64,000 nucleotides of DNA, from the NCBI GenBank assembly GCA_030141605.1, contig JAQGDQ010000212.1, positions 124,001-188,000 on the forward strand, written 5' to 3'. Source of the stretch: Tubiluchus corallicola (taxonomy: Eukaryota; Animalia; Priapulida). The notes under the pieces were generated by a model. The model saw nothing but the letters and a program-made list of their open reading frames with translations, was not told the origin of the DNA and searched no databases. Every line of letters begins with the position of its first letter. The stretch's first letter is position 1. This document shows, one piece after another, positions 1 to 12,600 of this stretch. The translations under genes and the position numbers were made by a program.

Positions 1-296
1 TTAACGTAGTACGCATCACAATAACAACAATTTTTAATGACAAGAATTGTGTTTCATCATGGTAGTGTACAACATTTAGTGGCTTAATTACAGACTTTAC
101 TACACACTGGTAGAAGTATTAATATATGTTCACATGTATAGTGGTTATAATGCCAACCTTTCAACTCCACTTAGCTGTAGTTAATAACGGTAGTTTACGT
201 TCATTAGGCTGAGGCTTTGCTGTGAAAAGTAGGTCCTGCTTTTTTAACTTAGTCCTGACGAATTTCATTGTTTGCTTTTGTTTGTTCACATTATAG

Positions 297-453
297 ATGT
301 TTTAAGTCTACAGCAGTACCGGGAGAAGATGGACTAGATGAGCGCATGATAGCCTGGACAATCGGAGGACAAAATGGCGTACCCCCTTACAATCTACGTC
401 TTGCATGTGGAGAGTACATAGACTTATTATTTGCAACAATAATACTCAGTCGG
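297..453 (+). CDS. Tentative upstream coding exon of the pentraxin-like gene (CFKSTAVPGEDGLDERMIAWTIGGQNGVPPYNLRLACGE...)
   Basis: Pyrimidine-rich acceptor ttgttcacattatag at 295-296, GC-richer open frame, and candidate donor cgg|gtaaaa at 454. The phase match to the next exon is not clean, so the boundaries are uncertain. Confidence 0.35.
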
Positions 454-1002
454 GTAAAAACTAAGCAGCCATAACAATGGTCAGTGTTTGGAATAGGCCA
501 GTATGGATTCCTAATTATGCTTTCACTGAAAAATAGGGGGACCAGTCCATAATTTAGTAATAAACTCTGCTACTTAAACAATCTACTTTATTGAAACAAA
601 TTTTCAAGGGCTCATTTCAAGTGCTACTGATATCTCACAAAAATTACCTAAAAAACTTGGGGAAATAAAAGACACATTATTTACAAGTTCTTTACTCCCT
701 GACATTTTAAACATTGCATTCTTTTTCTACTATTAATAAATTAAACTGTTATAGGGCCTATGCTATACCAAAAAATACCAGTACTGTAATATGTAATAGT
801 AACAGTAATATTAATAATAATATAGTAATAAATAAAGCTACTTAAACAATCCAATAAATTGAAACAGGCCTCAAATGCTAATAATTTTTCAAAAAAAATT
901 ACTGAAGTTAAGAAAGATTATAATAAAACATGCGTTATTTACAATCTGTTATTTTTCTGCTATTTTTAAAACTTTGGTCTTTTCTACTGACTTTTACACT
1001 AG

Positions 1003-1118
1003 AGACTTCGACAGATGACAATATAGGACCTATCTATGTTTTTCACGCTAATTTATGTACTATATATAGCGACTTGCAGCCAGCGAGTGTTTGTGAGAAC
1101 ATGTGTTACCTCATCAAG
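1003..1118 (+). CDS. Internal exon of pentraxin/LamG-like gene (TSTDDNIGPIYVFHANLCTIYSDLQPASVCENMCYLIK)
   Basis: Acceptor ttttacactag (1001-1002) and donor aag|gtgggg (1119), phase 0 matching the exon at 3330. HANLCTIYS resembles a degenerate pentraxin HxCx[ST]Wx[ST] signature, followed by YLIK|NG (cf. LY.dG). Confidence 0.55.
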
Positions 1119-1194
1119 GTGGGGCTGGGCTAAACGCTAAACGTGATCTGTGTATCACGTATGATAGATTATGCAGATTATTCCCAGTAGTGTT

Positions 1195-1590
1195 GACACA
1201 ACCCAGTGAAATAAAACAAATAGAATCTCTCCACCACTTTCAAAAGAAATTAAAAGAATATCAATATAACAGGTTTCAACTTCCACATTGTGCATCTGAT
1301 ACTAATTACAAAGACTCAACTTTCATCTACCCCCGCTCCTGACTCCATAAAACGATTAAAAATGAAAATTTTTTAAAAAATTATATTTTGTAATATTGTT
1401 TTGTAAAAATATTTTAATATGGTAAATATGTGCATTTATTGTATATAATTGGGCCTTAGATTTGTTGCACTTTAGTTTTTTTAGTATGCACTGGACGCAT
1501 TTGTCTTGAACAGTGTTGTTATCTTAACATTACGCTGAGGCTTACTCAATTTTATTATAATGAGTGAACCATTTTAATGACAAATAAAGA
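1195..1590 (+). mobile_element. 3' end fragment of a CR1/L2-group LINE
   Basis: PSEIKQIESLHHFQKKLKEY resembles the LINE ORF2 C-terminal (WN.)LP..IK...S...FK..LK motif, followed by an AT-rich UTR with aataaa. Confidence 0.55.
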
Positions 1591-2001
1591 ATTAATATAT
1601 ATATTTATATATAAACAAGCGCGCAGCTGCTGTCACTATGGTTACTGGTTACATTTGTCTTTCTGTATTTTCGTTTCTTAGTTTTCCGGGATTTGGAACA
1701 CTTAGCTATTGCGACGGTCATTGGCATCACGTGTGCAATACTCACAGCAATGCGAAAAGAATATTTAGGTCATACTTTGATTGTGGAGAAGGGGTTAGTA
1801 GCACAAATTTATGCTAATCGATGAATCTGTGGACTATTTTTGCGGTTTCGAACTAAGCCGCATCGTCCATCTACTTTGTCAAGTTTGCCGCAGATTTTGC
1901 TTGTTATGTGCTTTTAAATCACTCTTTTTTATACTTTATCTGTTGTTAAATTCATTCTTTCAACTGCATGTAGTTTTTAAGCAGTACATACTAAAATTCT
2001 A

Positions 2002-2537
2002 TGTTGTTGGCATCCTTCTGTCTCGGAAGACAATGGAGTGTACCCCAAGAGAGTCAGTAATTGATCACATTGATGGAGCTGCAGCGACGACTGTGGCTGA
2101 GCAGTGCGATCCTTGAACGGCGCACGGCTGGGCAAGGTGTATGGAGATCCTGAGTTGCCCAGACAACAGGAACCCCCTCTCTTCCTTCCTGGTGTAGTTC
2201 AAAGGAAAGCGAAGCGATACGTTTGGCACCAGGTTGGCTGCAGGAGCAGCCGGAGTCAGTGAGCATGCTGCACTGGTACGCCTTCGGGGCTCCACTCCTG
2301 ATTTGGAAGGTTTACTCCTCTACACGTGGCCGTTGGGTCACTTGACCTCCTCCGCCCTCTAGCCGTTGGCTGCTTATGCTGCTCCTCCGCCTAGTGTCGA
2401 GATACAGTGTGGGCATTCCGCAAGCCTACAGCACCTGGTATTCCTAGGCAGTCACCCATCCAAGTACTAACCAGGCTCTACGTTGCTTAACTTCGGTGAT
2501 CAGACGAGAACCGGTGTTTTCGACGTGATTTGGCCAT
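2002..2537 (-). mobile_element. 5S rRNA-headed SINE (SINE3-type), ~536 bp, with TSD
   Basis: 5S head at 2537-2422, GC-rich body and ccaacaaca tail. Flanked by a 13-bp direct repeat with one mismatch: tactaaaattcta (1989-2001) / tactaaaactcta (2538-2550). Confidence 0.85.
2422..2537 (-). rRNA. 5S rRNA-derived sequence (SINE head, not a functional 5S gene)
   Basis: Reverse complement reads ...ggccaaatcacgtcgaaaacaccggttctcgtctgatcaccgaagttaagcaacgtagagcctggttagtacttggatgggtgactgcctaggaataccaggtgctgtaggctt, i.e. near full-length metazoan 5S with Pol III boxes A/IE/C. There is no oligo-T terminator after it. Confidence 0.9.
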
Positions 2538-3329
2538 TACTAAAACTCTAAACACATAATATTATGATAAGACACAAATCACAACTTACTGAACCTTGAC
2601 TAGATATTACTGTGTCTTCTGGTTTACTGAGTTTAAATGGTAAATTTTCAGTATTTTGTAAAGTTAGAATTGGTAGGGGAGGAGGCAGCTATCTTGATTA
2701 ACAATAGTAAATTAAAATCTGTTTACTTTTAGTGGATTGTGAAACAGTAGCAGAACATTTAGTTGGTGATGCTCAAACCAGCATTATTTGTGCCCCAGAC
2801 TATGACAACATCAAACATTTAGTTCTTGTATTGTGGAATTGTGCAGTTTGCAAAGGCTTTGCGTGCTTGCAGAAGATTTTAATTTCCCGAAACTGATTGG
2901 CAAAATTTAACACTTCATGGTTTACATTCTATAACTTTTATTTGCAAATTGCTTTGAACAAATTGAGCTTTCTCAGCTGGTTCACGAAGCAACCCGAAGT
3001 AATATCCTATATTTTGTCTAGTAACGCCACTTCTTTTTAAATCATCAAACAATAAAAGTAATTATAAATCTGGTTTTGCGCCTTTGAAATTTAATGGCGA
3101 AATAGTTGTTGAAGACTTAACTGACAGTGATTTAGATGGCAACACAACAAAAGATAATGAATGAAGTTGGCGAAATTGAAGCAAGAGATAATAATTTGGT
3201 GATGGCTAGGACACCATGGTAATGGTCAGCTAAGTTATGAGAAGTTATCACATTGACTGACTATGAATGATGATGATGACAATGACAATTTAATGGCGTC
3301 AACTATTGTAATTATTTATTTTATTCTAG

Positions 3330-3590
3330 AATGGTGGGTCTACTTTCACAGTACCGCTGACTGATCCAGGGCCTGATGTTACAAATGTGGATGATGACGA
3401 AGTGTTTGGATCTCTTGGTGGCGCACTTGATGAGACTGTTGATGAAGACCTTTTAGGATGCCTGACTGATATCAATTGGTATGATCGTGTCTTTACAGAA
3501 AAAGACGTCTTAAAAAACTGCAAGTCATGTAACAACAACAATGGGAACATTGTTAAGTGGTCGGATTCACGTGATCAACTTCGTGGAGAG
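3330..3590 (+). CDS. Exon encoding the C-terminal half of a pentraxin/LamG-like domain
   Basis: Acceptor ttttattctag, donor gag|gtatgt, 87 codons, phase 0/0. LLGCLTDINWYDRVFTEKDVLKNCKSCNNNNGNIVKWSD..LRGE matches the pentraxin G.i.dvn.W..vl...ei....C....GN...W......G pattern. Confidence 0.75.
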
Positions 3591-4855
3591 GTATGTTACG
3601 CTCTTTATCATGAGTATCTATGTTACAGGCAAAGCGTGAAACCGATCATTTTGTAGACTGCCTATAGGCATTTTATGGAATGCCAAAACAAACCAAGTAA
3701 TGTATTTAAAATAATATCTTATACATTTTTCCTAGGCAATATGCAATATAATGCAAAAGTTCGTTTAGGTAAAGTACGAGATTCTTAGGAAACTGATGTA
3801 CTTTTCCTAGACATTTTATAGAACGGTGAATTTATTTTAGTTAATGTATAAATGAAAAAATGGTCATTTGTTCTGCTGTAATTTTCCTAGGCATTTTATG
3901 ATGCCAATTTTATGTTAAGAAATTAGAAATAAGTCCGGTTTAAACGTGCTTGCAAGTTTTTGTGAAAAATCGCTGGCCTTTCCTCGTGTCCGAGAACATA
4001 TGTTCCAGTGTCGTGGCTCTTTTACGATGGTGATATTGACCACTAAAGGAGACCAATTCTTACATAAAACTCGTTGTGACACAAGGGGGCATTCGAGACT
4101 TTTTAGGGGTGCAGTTTAGCTTTTCGAATCTCGATTTTGCCACGTGTCGTTTTTTCTTATCTGATTTTTTTCCATTCCGAAATGCTGGGTTCTGGTGTGG
4201 ATGGTCTAGTTGGAACACTACTGGGATTGTTTATCAAATGTTTTGATTTTTAGTTTCGTCTATTTGAGACTTTTTGAGAGTGGATTTTAATTGGTATTTG
4301 TAGTGGCAAAGAAGGCATACTCTTGGGGTTTTGCCAGTTGTGAGTTCAATGAAGAGAATTTGACGAAGAAGCCTGGTGCTCTGGTCTCTGCATTATCATG
4401 ATGAACAACGAAGACAGTGTTTCATGATGCTGGTCCTGATGCACTGGCTATTTGCTCTTTTGAGGATGCGATGTTGGGGACGTACTAGTCGCATTTGATA
4501 TGTCTAGGGTGGAGGGGGGTTTGCTGATGGACAAATTCAAGTTTTTTGACTCGACGATGGCAGACAGTTCAAGTTTCACAGTTAGAAACCCGAGGAAGGT
4601 TGAGATGACGACATAATCTTTTTTGGGTTCATTTTTGGGTTAGATTTTTGTTCTTAAAGACTCGTGTTGTAAGTTTCTCAATGCTTACGTTGCTGTTACA
4701 ATTCGATGCTCCACATTTTTTTTGGAAATGTATTTGTCGGAAAGCGATTTCCTAGGTGTGGAATATAGTCCGTTTGATTGAGCAGGAAGGGATTGTGACG
4801 AAGCATCCGTTGACAATAAAACAATAACTGCTTAATTAATTTACTGTTTTGATTA

Positions 4856-5293
4856 CCGTATTTTCCCGTGTATAAGAGACCCCTTCAATTTTTAGGCAAA
4901 AATTCTGGAAAAAAGTTTTTTCAGACGGACATTTTTAGAGGGTAAAGTACAACTTTTTTCAACTCAGTGCGGTACTGAAAACAAAATAAAACCAGTTAAT
5001 GTGTTGTAGAAAAAGAGTACTGGTATATATTAAAGTGCGTACCTGCAAACCTGTAACAGGAAAAGAGAAAACGAGGAGATAATGCCTGTGTCACGATGCT
5101 TGTATTGCTTACAACCGCTTCATAGTCGAACGCGACACGCAAAACAGTTGTAGAGCACTTATTTCTTCAAAATCATTAGTGTCACAATTTATGCATCTTA
5201 TTGAAAAGACTTACTCCCATGTATAAGAGACCCCCTATTTTTAAAGTGAAAATTCTGAGCAAAAAAGGGTCTCTTATACACGGGAAAATACGG
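4856..5293. mobile_element. Tc1/mariner-superfamily (Tc2/pogo-like) MITE
   Basis: TIRs ccgtattttcccgtgtataagagaccc / gggtctcttatacacgggaaaatacgg, TA on both flanks, and an internal copy of the subterminal motif at ~5217. Confidence 0.9.
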
Positions 5294-5920
5294 TAAATCG
5301 TTTTATGCATTCCATGCAATGCCTATGTAGTGTAGGAAATTCTAAGAAAAATTCGATTCAACACGATTATGTTCATCTTACCCGTTGCCAGGCGCTCTAC
5401 GTATTTCACACAGATCCTAGTTATTTTACACAACGTTTAGGTAAAGCATGAAAGTGGCGCAGCAAAAAGATTTATATCACACTTTCCTCGAAATGTATAG
5501 GTATTGAATGAATGGGCTAGAAATTTTATAGAAATGTCCAAATTTTGTAGTTTGCCTTGTAACACATATAAATGTTGATGTCTTTTGTATTGGTATAGCT
5601 ACCAGTTTCTTAGCAGTTACGTTTTTATACACTTTGACACCCTGGAAACCGGAATCCAGTATTCAATAGCAGGGCTTACTAAATTCGATGCTGTTGACGA
5701 GTTCAGAGCCTTGCCTATTATCAAAAACATCAATATCTAAAATGAGGCACTGAACTGGAAGAGGTGTCTCAAACACTTTCCGATGTATATACTGTACATT
5801 CACCTGCACGAGGTAAACAACTATAACCGCGGTTTGTCGAATGAAACCTAGGAGCGTACAAAGGTCCTAACTCAAAAACTGTAGGAGGAGATCCAATGTA
5901 ACGAAAAAAGGAAATACCGC

Positions 5921-6321
5921 CAGGGCCTATTTCAAGGGGGGGGGGAAGTGGGGATACTTCCCCGGGGCCTCACCCTCCAGGGGGGCCTCGCGCCAAGGTA
6001 ACATTTTTTTGCTTTATGCGAACATACTGCCTCCTCTCTCCCTCTCTTGCCGCACGCGCGCCGTTTGCCAGTATTGACAAGTATTAAGGACTGGTCTTGA
6101 GAATAAAGCAGTTTTTCTTTCAATTGTTCTTTCCTTTAACAACTGTATAACTCCATATTTTCTCTTCGAAAATGCTTCTCCGGCGTTCTAGCAGCTCAAA
6201 AAGTTTCTGGGCGCCAACAATGGTGGCGACCGCCCCCCCCCCCCCAGCACATCGCCCCACCCCCGATGAGGCCTCACACGCCCCACTTCCCCGGGCCTCG
6301 CCTAGGCTGAAATAGGCCCTG
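5921..6321. mobile_element. hAT-type MITE (copy 1)
   Basis: TIR cagggcctatttca / tgaaataggccctg and 8-bp TSD aataccgc/aatgccgc. Homologous to 41594-42022 in the opposite orientation. Confidence 0.9.
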
Positions 6322-6442
6322 AATGCCGCCCACTCCGTGACATGTGGGAAGAGATGAAGAATGGTGGTTTCTCCTGAAAACAAGCTTTTAACATTTATGT
6401 AAAGTTTCTACAGCTTGACCTAGGTGGGCACTGTTGATGATG

Positions 6443-6981
6443 CTATTTCTGTATTATCAGTTACAAAGGTAATTTAGTGACACCGAACGTTATCACTGTT
6501 AGAGTCGGCCATTGTTTTTTTTCGCATTTCTACAAAACACTTAGCAACCGCGCAAATGTTGGTTGCTACGGATTTTGCAAGAGCAAATTGAAGTTATATT
6601 TAAATCCAGTAGATCTGGGCCTGGCAATGGAAAAAACCTGAAATAAAATGACAGCTTCCATGAGCTCTACTATCGACGTTTGAAAATAGGAGTTTTTTTA
6701 CAATTGCAGTACTAATTTCTACTAAGAAAAGTGGGTAGGCTGTTATAAAATTATATTTCTAGTATTTTTTTAACATTTTCCTGATAATTTGATGCTAGAA
6801 TATAAAAGTCCAATATATTTAGCATTCGTTTTTATAAAATACAAAAAACTGACATTTGAGCAAATTTTTGGGTCATTCATTGTGAAGCATCGTAACGTAG
6901 TTTTATATTTCCTGATGTATATTGTATAATATTTTCTATTTCTGTATTATCAGTTACAAAGGTAATTTAGTGACACCGAAC
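6443..6981 (+). repeat. Exact ~46-bp dispersed direct repeat (6443-6488 and 6936-6981)
   Basis: ctatttctgtattatcagttacaaaggtaatttagtgacaccgaac occurs twice. Confidence 0.8.
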
Positions 6982-7035
6982 TTATATTATTGGTACATCT
7001 AATTATTTCACAGTGCAACATTCTCTCTGTTGCAG

Positions 7036-7143
7036 GTGATTCCAGTGAGACCAAGTGATGCTCTTACAAAACGTGATTTGAAGAGAAGATGTTACAAGCC
7101 ATCTCTTGAAGAAATTCCTTCCAGAATTTATCCCCGTTACTAA
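7036..7143 (+). CDS. Probable terminal exon of pentraxin-like gene (VIPVRPSDALTKRDLKRRCYKPSLEEIPSRIYPRY*)
   Basis: Strong acceptor ttctctctgttgcag. The phase 0 join gives LRGE|VIPV, like the pentraxin C-terminal GEV...P. Stop taa at 7141-7143. Confidence 0.65.
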   Translation: MIPVRPSDALTKRDLKRRCYKPSLEEIPSRIYPRY

Positions 7144-7867
7144 ATCAATGAATAAGAAAATATTTTTCGTAACGTCGATTATTGCAATGTAGTTTCTGAA
7201 AGTTGATGGAAACTGTTTATAATTTACGTTCACTGAACTTACTAAAATACTAAAATGGTGGTTCTTGGTGGTTCTTGCACGATGACTTTGTAAAGCTTTA
7301 AGTCGCGTCTTACAGTTTTTGTAATAGTGTAGCAGTCCTGTATGGTCTCTGGACACAAATTCTTCTAATACTGAAGCCGTGAAGCATCGCATTAAGTACG
7401 AGAAAATTAAAGTCAAACAAGCAGTGAAGTGATAGTATAGAATTATCAGTTAAACAAAAATTAAAACCTATTTAACTTTTTGTTTGCATTATTAAAATCC
7501 AGTGTAAAGGTATTACCATATCTTATTATTAAGTAGAAGATTTTGAATATTTTTTATGTGTCTACTGACATTTTCTAAGAAAATACAGAAACTAATTGAA
7601 ATAACTTTTACTATTTTTTGGTTGCGCACAATTTTTAAAAAAAGTTGCTATTATGAGTGTTTGAAGTTTAGAACGAAATTTTGTGACGCGAAAGTGATGC
7701 AATTTTTATTATCTTTCTATATGTTTTAATAGTAATTACTTGTGCACAACTATAATGGTTATTTACTAACAATTATAATATTGTCATAATTTTTAATCAG
7801 GTATCTATAAGCACTGTTAAAGGTCGATAATAATTATGTATTTAAAGTTAAAACTTAAAATAATGTG

Positions 7868-8389
7868 TGTTGGTGTCAAGTACTTTAATCTAGCATTCTA
7901 TAATTATTTGTTTTCTTTTCGCATTTTTACAAACATGCATTTCCTGAAGGTGTTTAAAACGAAGCCAGCCTTAGTCATGTGATTACGCCACCTATCAATC
8001 ACACTTCTTACACGTAGTTACGTTTTCTGTAGACGCTATGATTGCCGTTTGGTGATACTTGCATTGCTTTGTCTATTTTGTTGCAATTTAACAGTCACTA
8101 GTTGTATTTTCAAGCCAAAGTTGTCACCAGTAAATGTAAGTCACCATCTACTTTAGTAATTAGTTAATAGTTTAAATTGGTTAGAATTGCTTCAAATCTC
8201 TAGAATCAGAAAGCAATAATTTGTGTTTCAGTCTTCTTAAATCTAACTTTTAATTTTGTCTAAATAGTAATAAGCTTTAGCACATTCTTAAGCACTTTTT
8301 GTGATCTGTTATTTTAATAAATTGCAGGTCTATCGCACAGTTCAATACTGATTTTTGCCGTTTCTTTGCCTGGACTGGGCGCATCGACA
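7868..8389 (+). mobile_element. Solo LTR (copy 1), TGT...ACA, 5-bp TSD
   Basis: Starts tgttggtgtc, ends gcatcgaca, TSD atgtg on both sides, internal aataaa. Highly similar to 21819-22361. Confidence 0.75.
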
Positions 8390-8689
8390 ATGTGCCTATA
8401 TTGATGGATTTTTTTACGATAAGACTATAGAGCCTTGTTATTCCTTTCAACTTTGACGAAAAAGGAAAATTGGCTCTTTTGTTTGATATTCTGCAATATA
8501 GTTCTAACGCTTATCTTGTGTTTGCCTTTTGCTACTTTCATAATATATAATACATTTAGTTGTGTGATAAAAATGTAAGTTCAATACGCAAAAAGCACAC
8601 CGTAAAAATATTGCAAAATTGATTACTACTGTTACCGTTAATAATATCAAATTATTTTACAAATTATGATAGTTTCTGTCATATCTTTT

Positions 8690-10260
8690 CTTAAAAGCAT
8701 TTGTACTGGGGGCCAACATTATGTACTGATGTAAGCCGTTCCACAGACAAACAGTTTTGTTACTAAAAAAAACTTTCTTAGATTATAATGTGTCCTATTA
8801 GTTTCAAAAGTAAAACAGTGTCCTTGTAAGCCAGGGTGAGTTCTTGATTTGAACATTGTTTCATAATTGACATTATTATAACCTTGAACCAATTCAAAGA
8901 CCTCAATGAGATCGCCTCTTATTCTATGGTAAATAGAATTCTTCTTTTAACTCATTCAGCCTCACATCATAAGGTAAGTCTTTTAACTCAGGAACAAGTT
9001 TTGTGGAACGTTTCTGCACCTTTTCTAATGTACATTTATCTTTCTATAGATAGGGTGGCCAGACTTGTACACAATAATTCCAAATGAGGTCTTACAAAAG
9101 TTTCATACAGTGTTAATAGAGATTCGTTATTAATATAAGTAAAAGTTCTTTTAATCATGCCTAAAATCCTGTTAGCTTTCGCAGCTGCTTCACAGATATA
9201 CATAAAAAACTTAGGTTATCTGATCTGTAACAGTTAAACCAGGGTTTGTCTCATGAGTTACATCACTTACTTCATACCCATACCGGCATGTAGTAATTAC
9301 ATTTGGGATTATTTTTACCAATATGTTAAACTTTACATTTATCTCTATTAAACTCGGGTAACCATTCTGCTGAGCATTTTATGATGCTATCTAAGCCTGA
9401 CAATACTGGATGAGTATAAGTATCGTCTGATGACAATAAGTATCGTCTGTAAAAATTTTGCTTTTGATAAACAGAGAAGCAGGCAAGTCATTAATAAACA
9501 GCAAAAATAAAACTGGGCCAATCACAGAGCCTTGAGGCACGCCTGAGGTTATGCTAGCTCAGCCAGAACTGTTATTATTAATAACTACACATTGGTTCCT
9601 ATCTCTCAAGAACCATTGATCTATATTTTAATGTTATCTGTAACTCCTTGCTTATCATGTTTATAAACATGCCTACTACGGGGTACAGTATCGAAAGCCT
9701 TTTTGAAATCTAAATAATTATATTACATCAAATGGCATTCCTTCATCATATATATTTGTCCACTCATCAAATGTTGTCAACAGATTGGTCAGGCATGAAC
9801 TACCTTTTCTAAACCCATGTTGTTCATTACATAACATATCATTCTCTTCAAGGTATTATACTAAATTTTGTTTTATCAGTTTCTCCATGACTTTAAGCTA
9901 ACAGGTCTGTAATTTTCTACCTCTGACCTATTGCCCTTTTTAAAGACAGGTGTAACATGTGACATTATCCATAATGTATTAGGTACTTTAGTTTGATCCA
10001 AGGATAGACGAAAAAGTGGGAAGACAGTGGGAAGTACACAAATTCAGCTGCCTTTTTTAGTATTCTAGGACTTATATATATATATGTCATCAGGACCTGC
10101 AGCCTTGTTTACATTAATGTTAAGCAATAATTTCTTAGCATCCTTGGAGTAAAGTATATATTATCTATCCTATTATTATATACCTCACTCTGATAATGAA
10201 GTGGAACGGGTGCATTACTGTCAAAAGTCAAAATTTTAATTTAAAAAAAATCATTGAATA
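8690..10260 (-). mobile_element. Decayed CR1-clade LINE ORF2 (reverse transcriptase) fragment
   Basis: Reverse-strand motifs KAAGPDD, NYRPVS, QHGFRKGSSCLTNLL, YLDFKKAFDTVP, GVPQGSVIGPVLFLLFINDLP, a (F/Y)xDD-like motif, LVRPHLE and LWN..., with stops and frameshifts. Confidence 0.9.
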
Positions 10261-11019
10261 AATTACTTCTGTATCATAATTCTGTCATAAATGGTTACAG
10301 TGCTATATTTTTATAAAATAAAAGTCACAGATGATTTTGATTTTTGTGTTTTCATTATCACTTTTTCTATCTGAAGATAACACACAGCAAAACACGACAG
10401 TTCCTTTCATAAGGTGTTTACTGCAGTCTTTATTTTCTAAGGAGAAAAAACAAAAGAATACATAAAATTTTCAGTAATGCAATTTGAACAAAACTACAGA
10501 AATTTGAACAAAACAATTACACAGAAAATTGCTTTCTAACTAATAAACTTAGATTTATAAAAGTCACTTACTTAGTTCGGCTAGAGAGCGCACACTGTTT
10601 ATGGTTGAAGCATGACATTAAATTTCTCACATAAAAATTGCATTATCCACATTACAAGTTAGTCTCTGCAATAACCAGTCAAGTCTGCCAGCAATTGCCC
10701 ACTTGTCCCCTTTAGTTTTTTGGCTCCCTCATGCGGGAAAAATAAAAACAAATTATATGGGTAATTTGCCCATAACACTGTGCTGTAGAAAGTGTAGCGC
10801 CGACAGTTTGTAGTTTTCTAATTCTTGTGAGCGAAATTTTTCTATAATCGATTCTGTTCGTTTCTAAACAGAAATAATAGTTTTTATGTTTTATTTTTTT
10901 TCTGGGCAATGAAAAAGAATTATCATCTTTCCGGTAATAGACGTATTAGGCGAGGGTAAAATTTGTCACACAGCTGCGATGCAAAAATCATTTATATAGG
11001 TAAACCAAGGCGAATTATT

Positions 11020-11500
11020 ATACATATATAATAATTTTTATTTGCCATTAAAATACATTGATAATCACTGATAAAAACTTTACAGAGATGATCAATCAGT
11101 GTTAGTTAATAAAAACTTACACTGCCAAAGGCAAATGCGTCAGTGCAATCTAAACTACTGTGCAGTAATGGAAAGTAACGACGAATAAAATCAAACATAT
11201 TTACAACTATGCACAAAAAATGAAAAAATTATGATTTAATTAATATGGCCGTGGATATATGAATTCTGAATTAGTGTGTATGTTGTCGTACTGGTGTGAT
11301 GGTATTTCATATCTGGTTAATATTAGTGATTTTAATTTTGTTTTAAATGCTGATAGGGACTTGATTTGTTTAACCTGTAATGGTAAAGAATTCCAAAGTA
11401 GAATTGCTTGTTTGATTACAGAGTTCGTTCCATAGTGGGTATTTGTCCTAATTTGTTTTAAATTGCTTGTTTTGGAATTAACGATAGGATTTGGAAAAAA
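11020..11500 (-). mobile_element. LINE 3' end (CR1/L2 group); its 3' terminus is repeated at ~15015-15107
   Basis: Reverse strand reads TNTHYGTNSVIKQAILLWNSLPLQVKQIKSLSAFKTKLK. A ~90-bp 3' UTR segment is nearly identical at 15018-15105. Confidence 0.7.
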
Positions 11501-11622
11501 GGTAAATCTGTTATATCATGGTGAGATCCAAAGATTTCTGTTACTGTGAATACCAATCAGACCAGGGCATGTTTTCCGTTTTGGTATCCGACTGTTCAAC
11601 AAAGAAAATGTGGCACAGTTAA

Positions 11623-12246
11623 AGAAAAAAGTTTAACACCTGAATGAATTGATAATTATCGTTGTTTATTGCGTGGCGTGTGAGGTAGCCACGATGGGCA
11701 TGGCAAACTATCAAGACTTTATTTAATAAACTGCACATTTATTAAACAACATGAGTTCAGAATAAAAAATGCTCTAAAATATTGAAAAATTACAAAAGCT
11801 TAGATTAAATAATAATTACATCGGATACTCAAATTTCGTTAAACTTTCAAAGCTCCGCGCGGCTCAGTGAATCTTCTAAGATTGGCAGCGGCGCCTTTTT
11901 GTCGTATTCGCGTAGCCGACAAATAGAAGGCAGTACAGTGATAAGCATGATTATGAACTGCAGTGTTAGTTTCTGACGTCATACGATGTAGAGCCCATTT
12001 TCGTGACATCATGCGTTTAAGCAGTAACACTTACGCAAACGTGCTTGACGCGCAAGGGAGATGCCTACTGTGGTTGTGGTTAGTTTCTGACGTAAGCAAT
12101 AGCTGCGTTCGGTTGCCGTTAATTAACTTTCTAAGCTAATTATTCAAATATAAGAAACAATGCGAACTTTTATAGGCAAAAAATGTATATTTTGGACCGC
12201 AAATTAAAATGAGATTGAGTGTAAACAATCGTCGTCCGGTCTTCCT
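11623..12246. mobile_element. Non-autonomous TTAA-targeting element (Kolobok-like)
   Basis: Flanked by ttaa, with right end ...gtcttcct|ttaa. The internal part is homologous to 24571-25085. Confidence 0.6.
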
Positions 12247-12422
12247 TTAAATACTTGAACCTGCAGAAACCTATGGGAACATGTTGGTTACGCATACAGT
12301 TTAATGTTCCGTAAACATCTTGGGCTGCTGGTTATTTGATAACGCTCAGTGGAGTTTTATTATGCAGCAAGGCTGCACATCCCAAGAAACTTGCAAATAG
12401 TAATACAGCTGTAATAATTGAC

Positions 12423-12447
12423 ATGATGATAATGTTGTTGCTGTTGA

Positions 12448-12480
<33 letters not shown>

Positions 12481-12600
12481 TGATGACGACGACAACGACT
12501 ACGACAATGATGATGATGGAAACGACAATGGCAGTAACTGCAACAGTGACAGCAACAACAATAATGACAATGACAGTGACAACAACAGCAGCAGTAGCGG
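12423..12600. repeat. Compound trinucleotide microsatellite (GAT/GAC/ACA/GCA)
   Basis: Visible (gac)n/(gat)n runs. Confidence 0.95.

Noticed and set aside
2422-2537. Functional 5S rRNA gene
   Set aside because: It is a single copy with an altered 5' end, has no T-run terminator, and is enclosed with a body by a TSD, so it is a SINE head.
7003-7416. 137-aa minus-strand ORF
   Set aside because: No motifs, and it overlaps the better-supported plus-strand terminal exon and 3' UTR.
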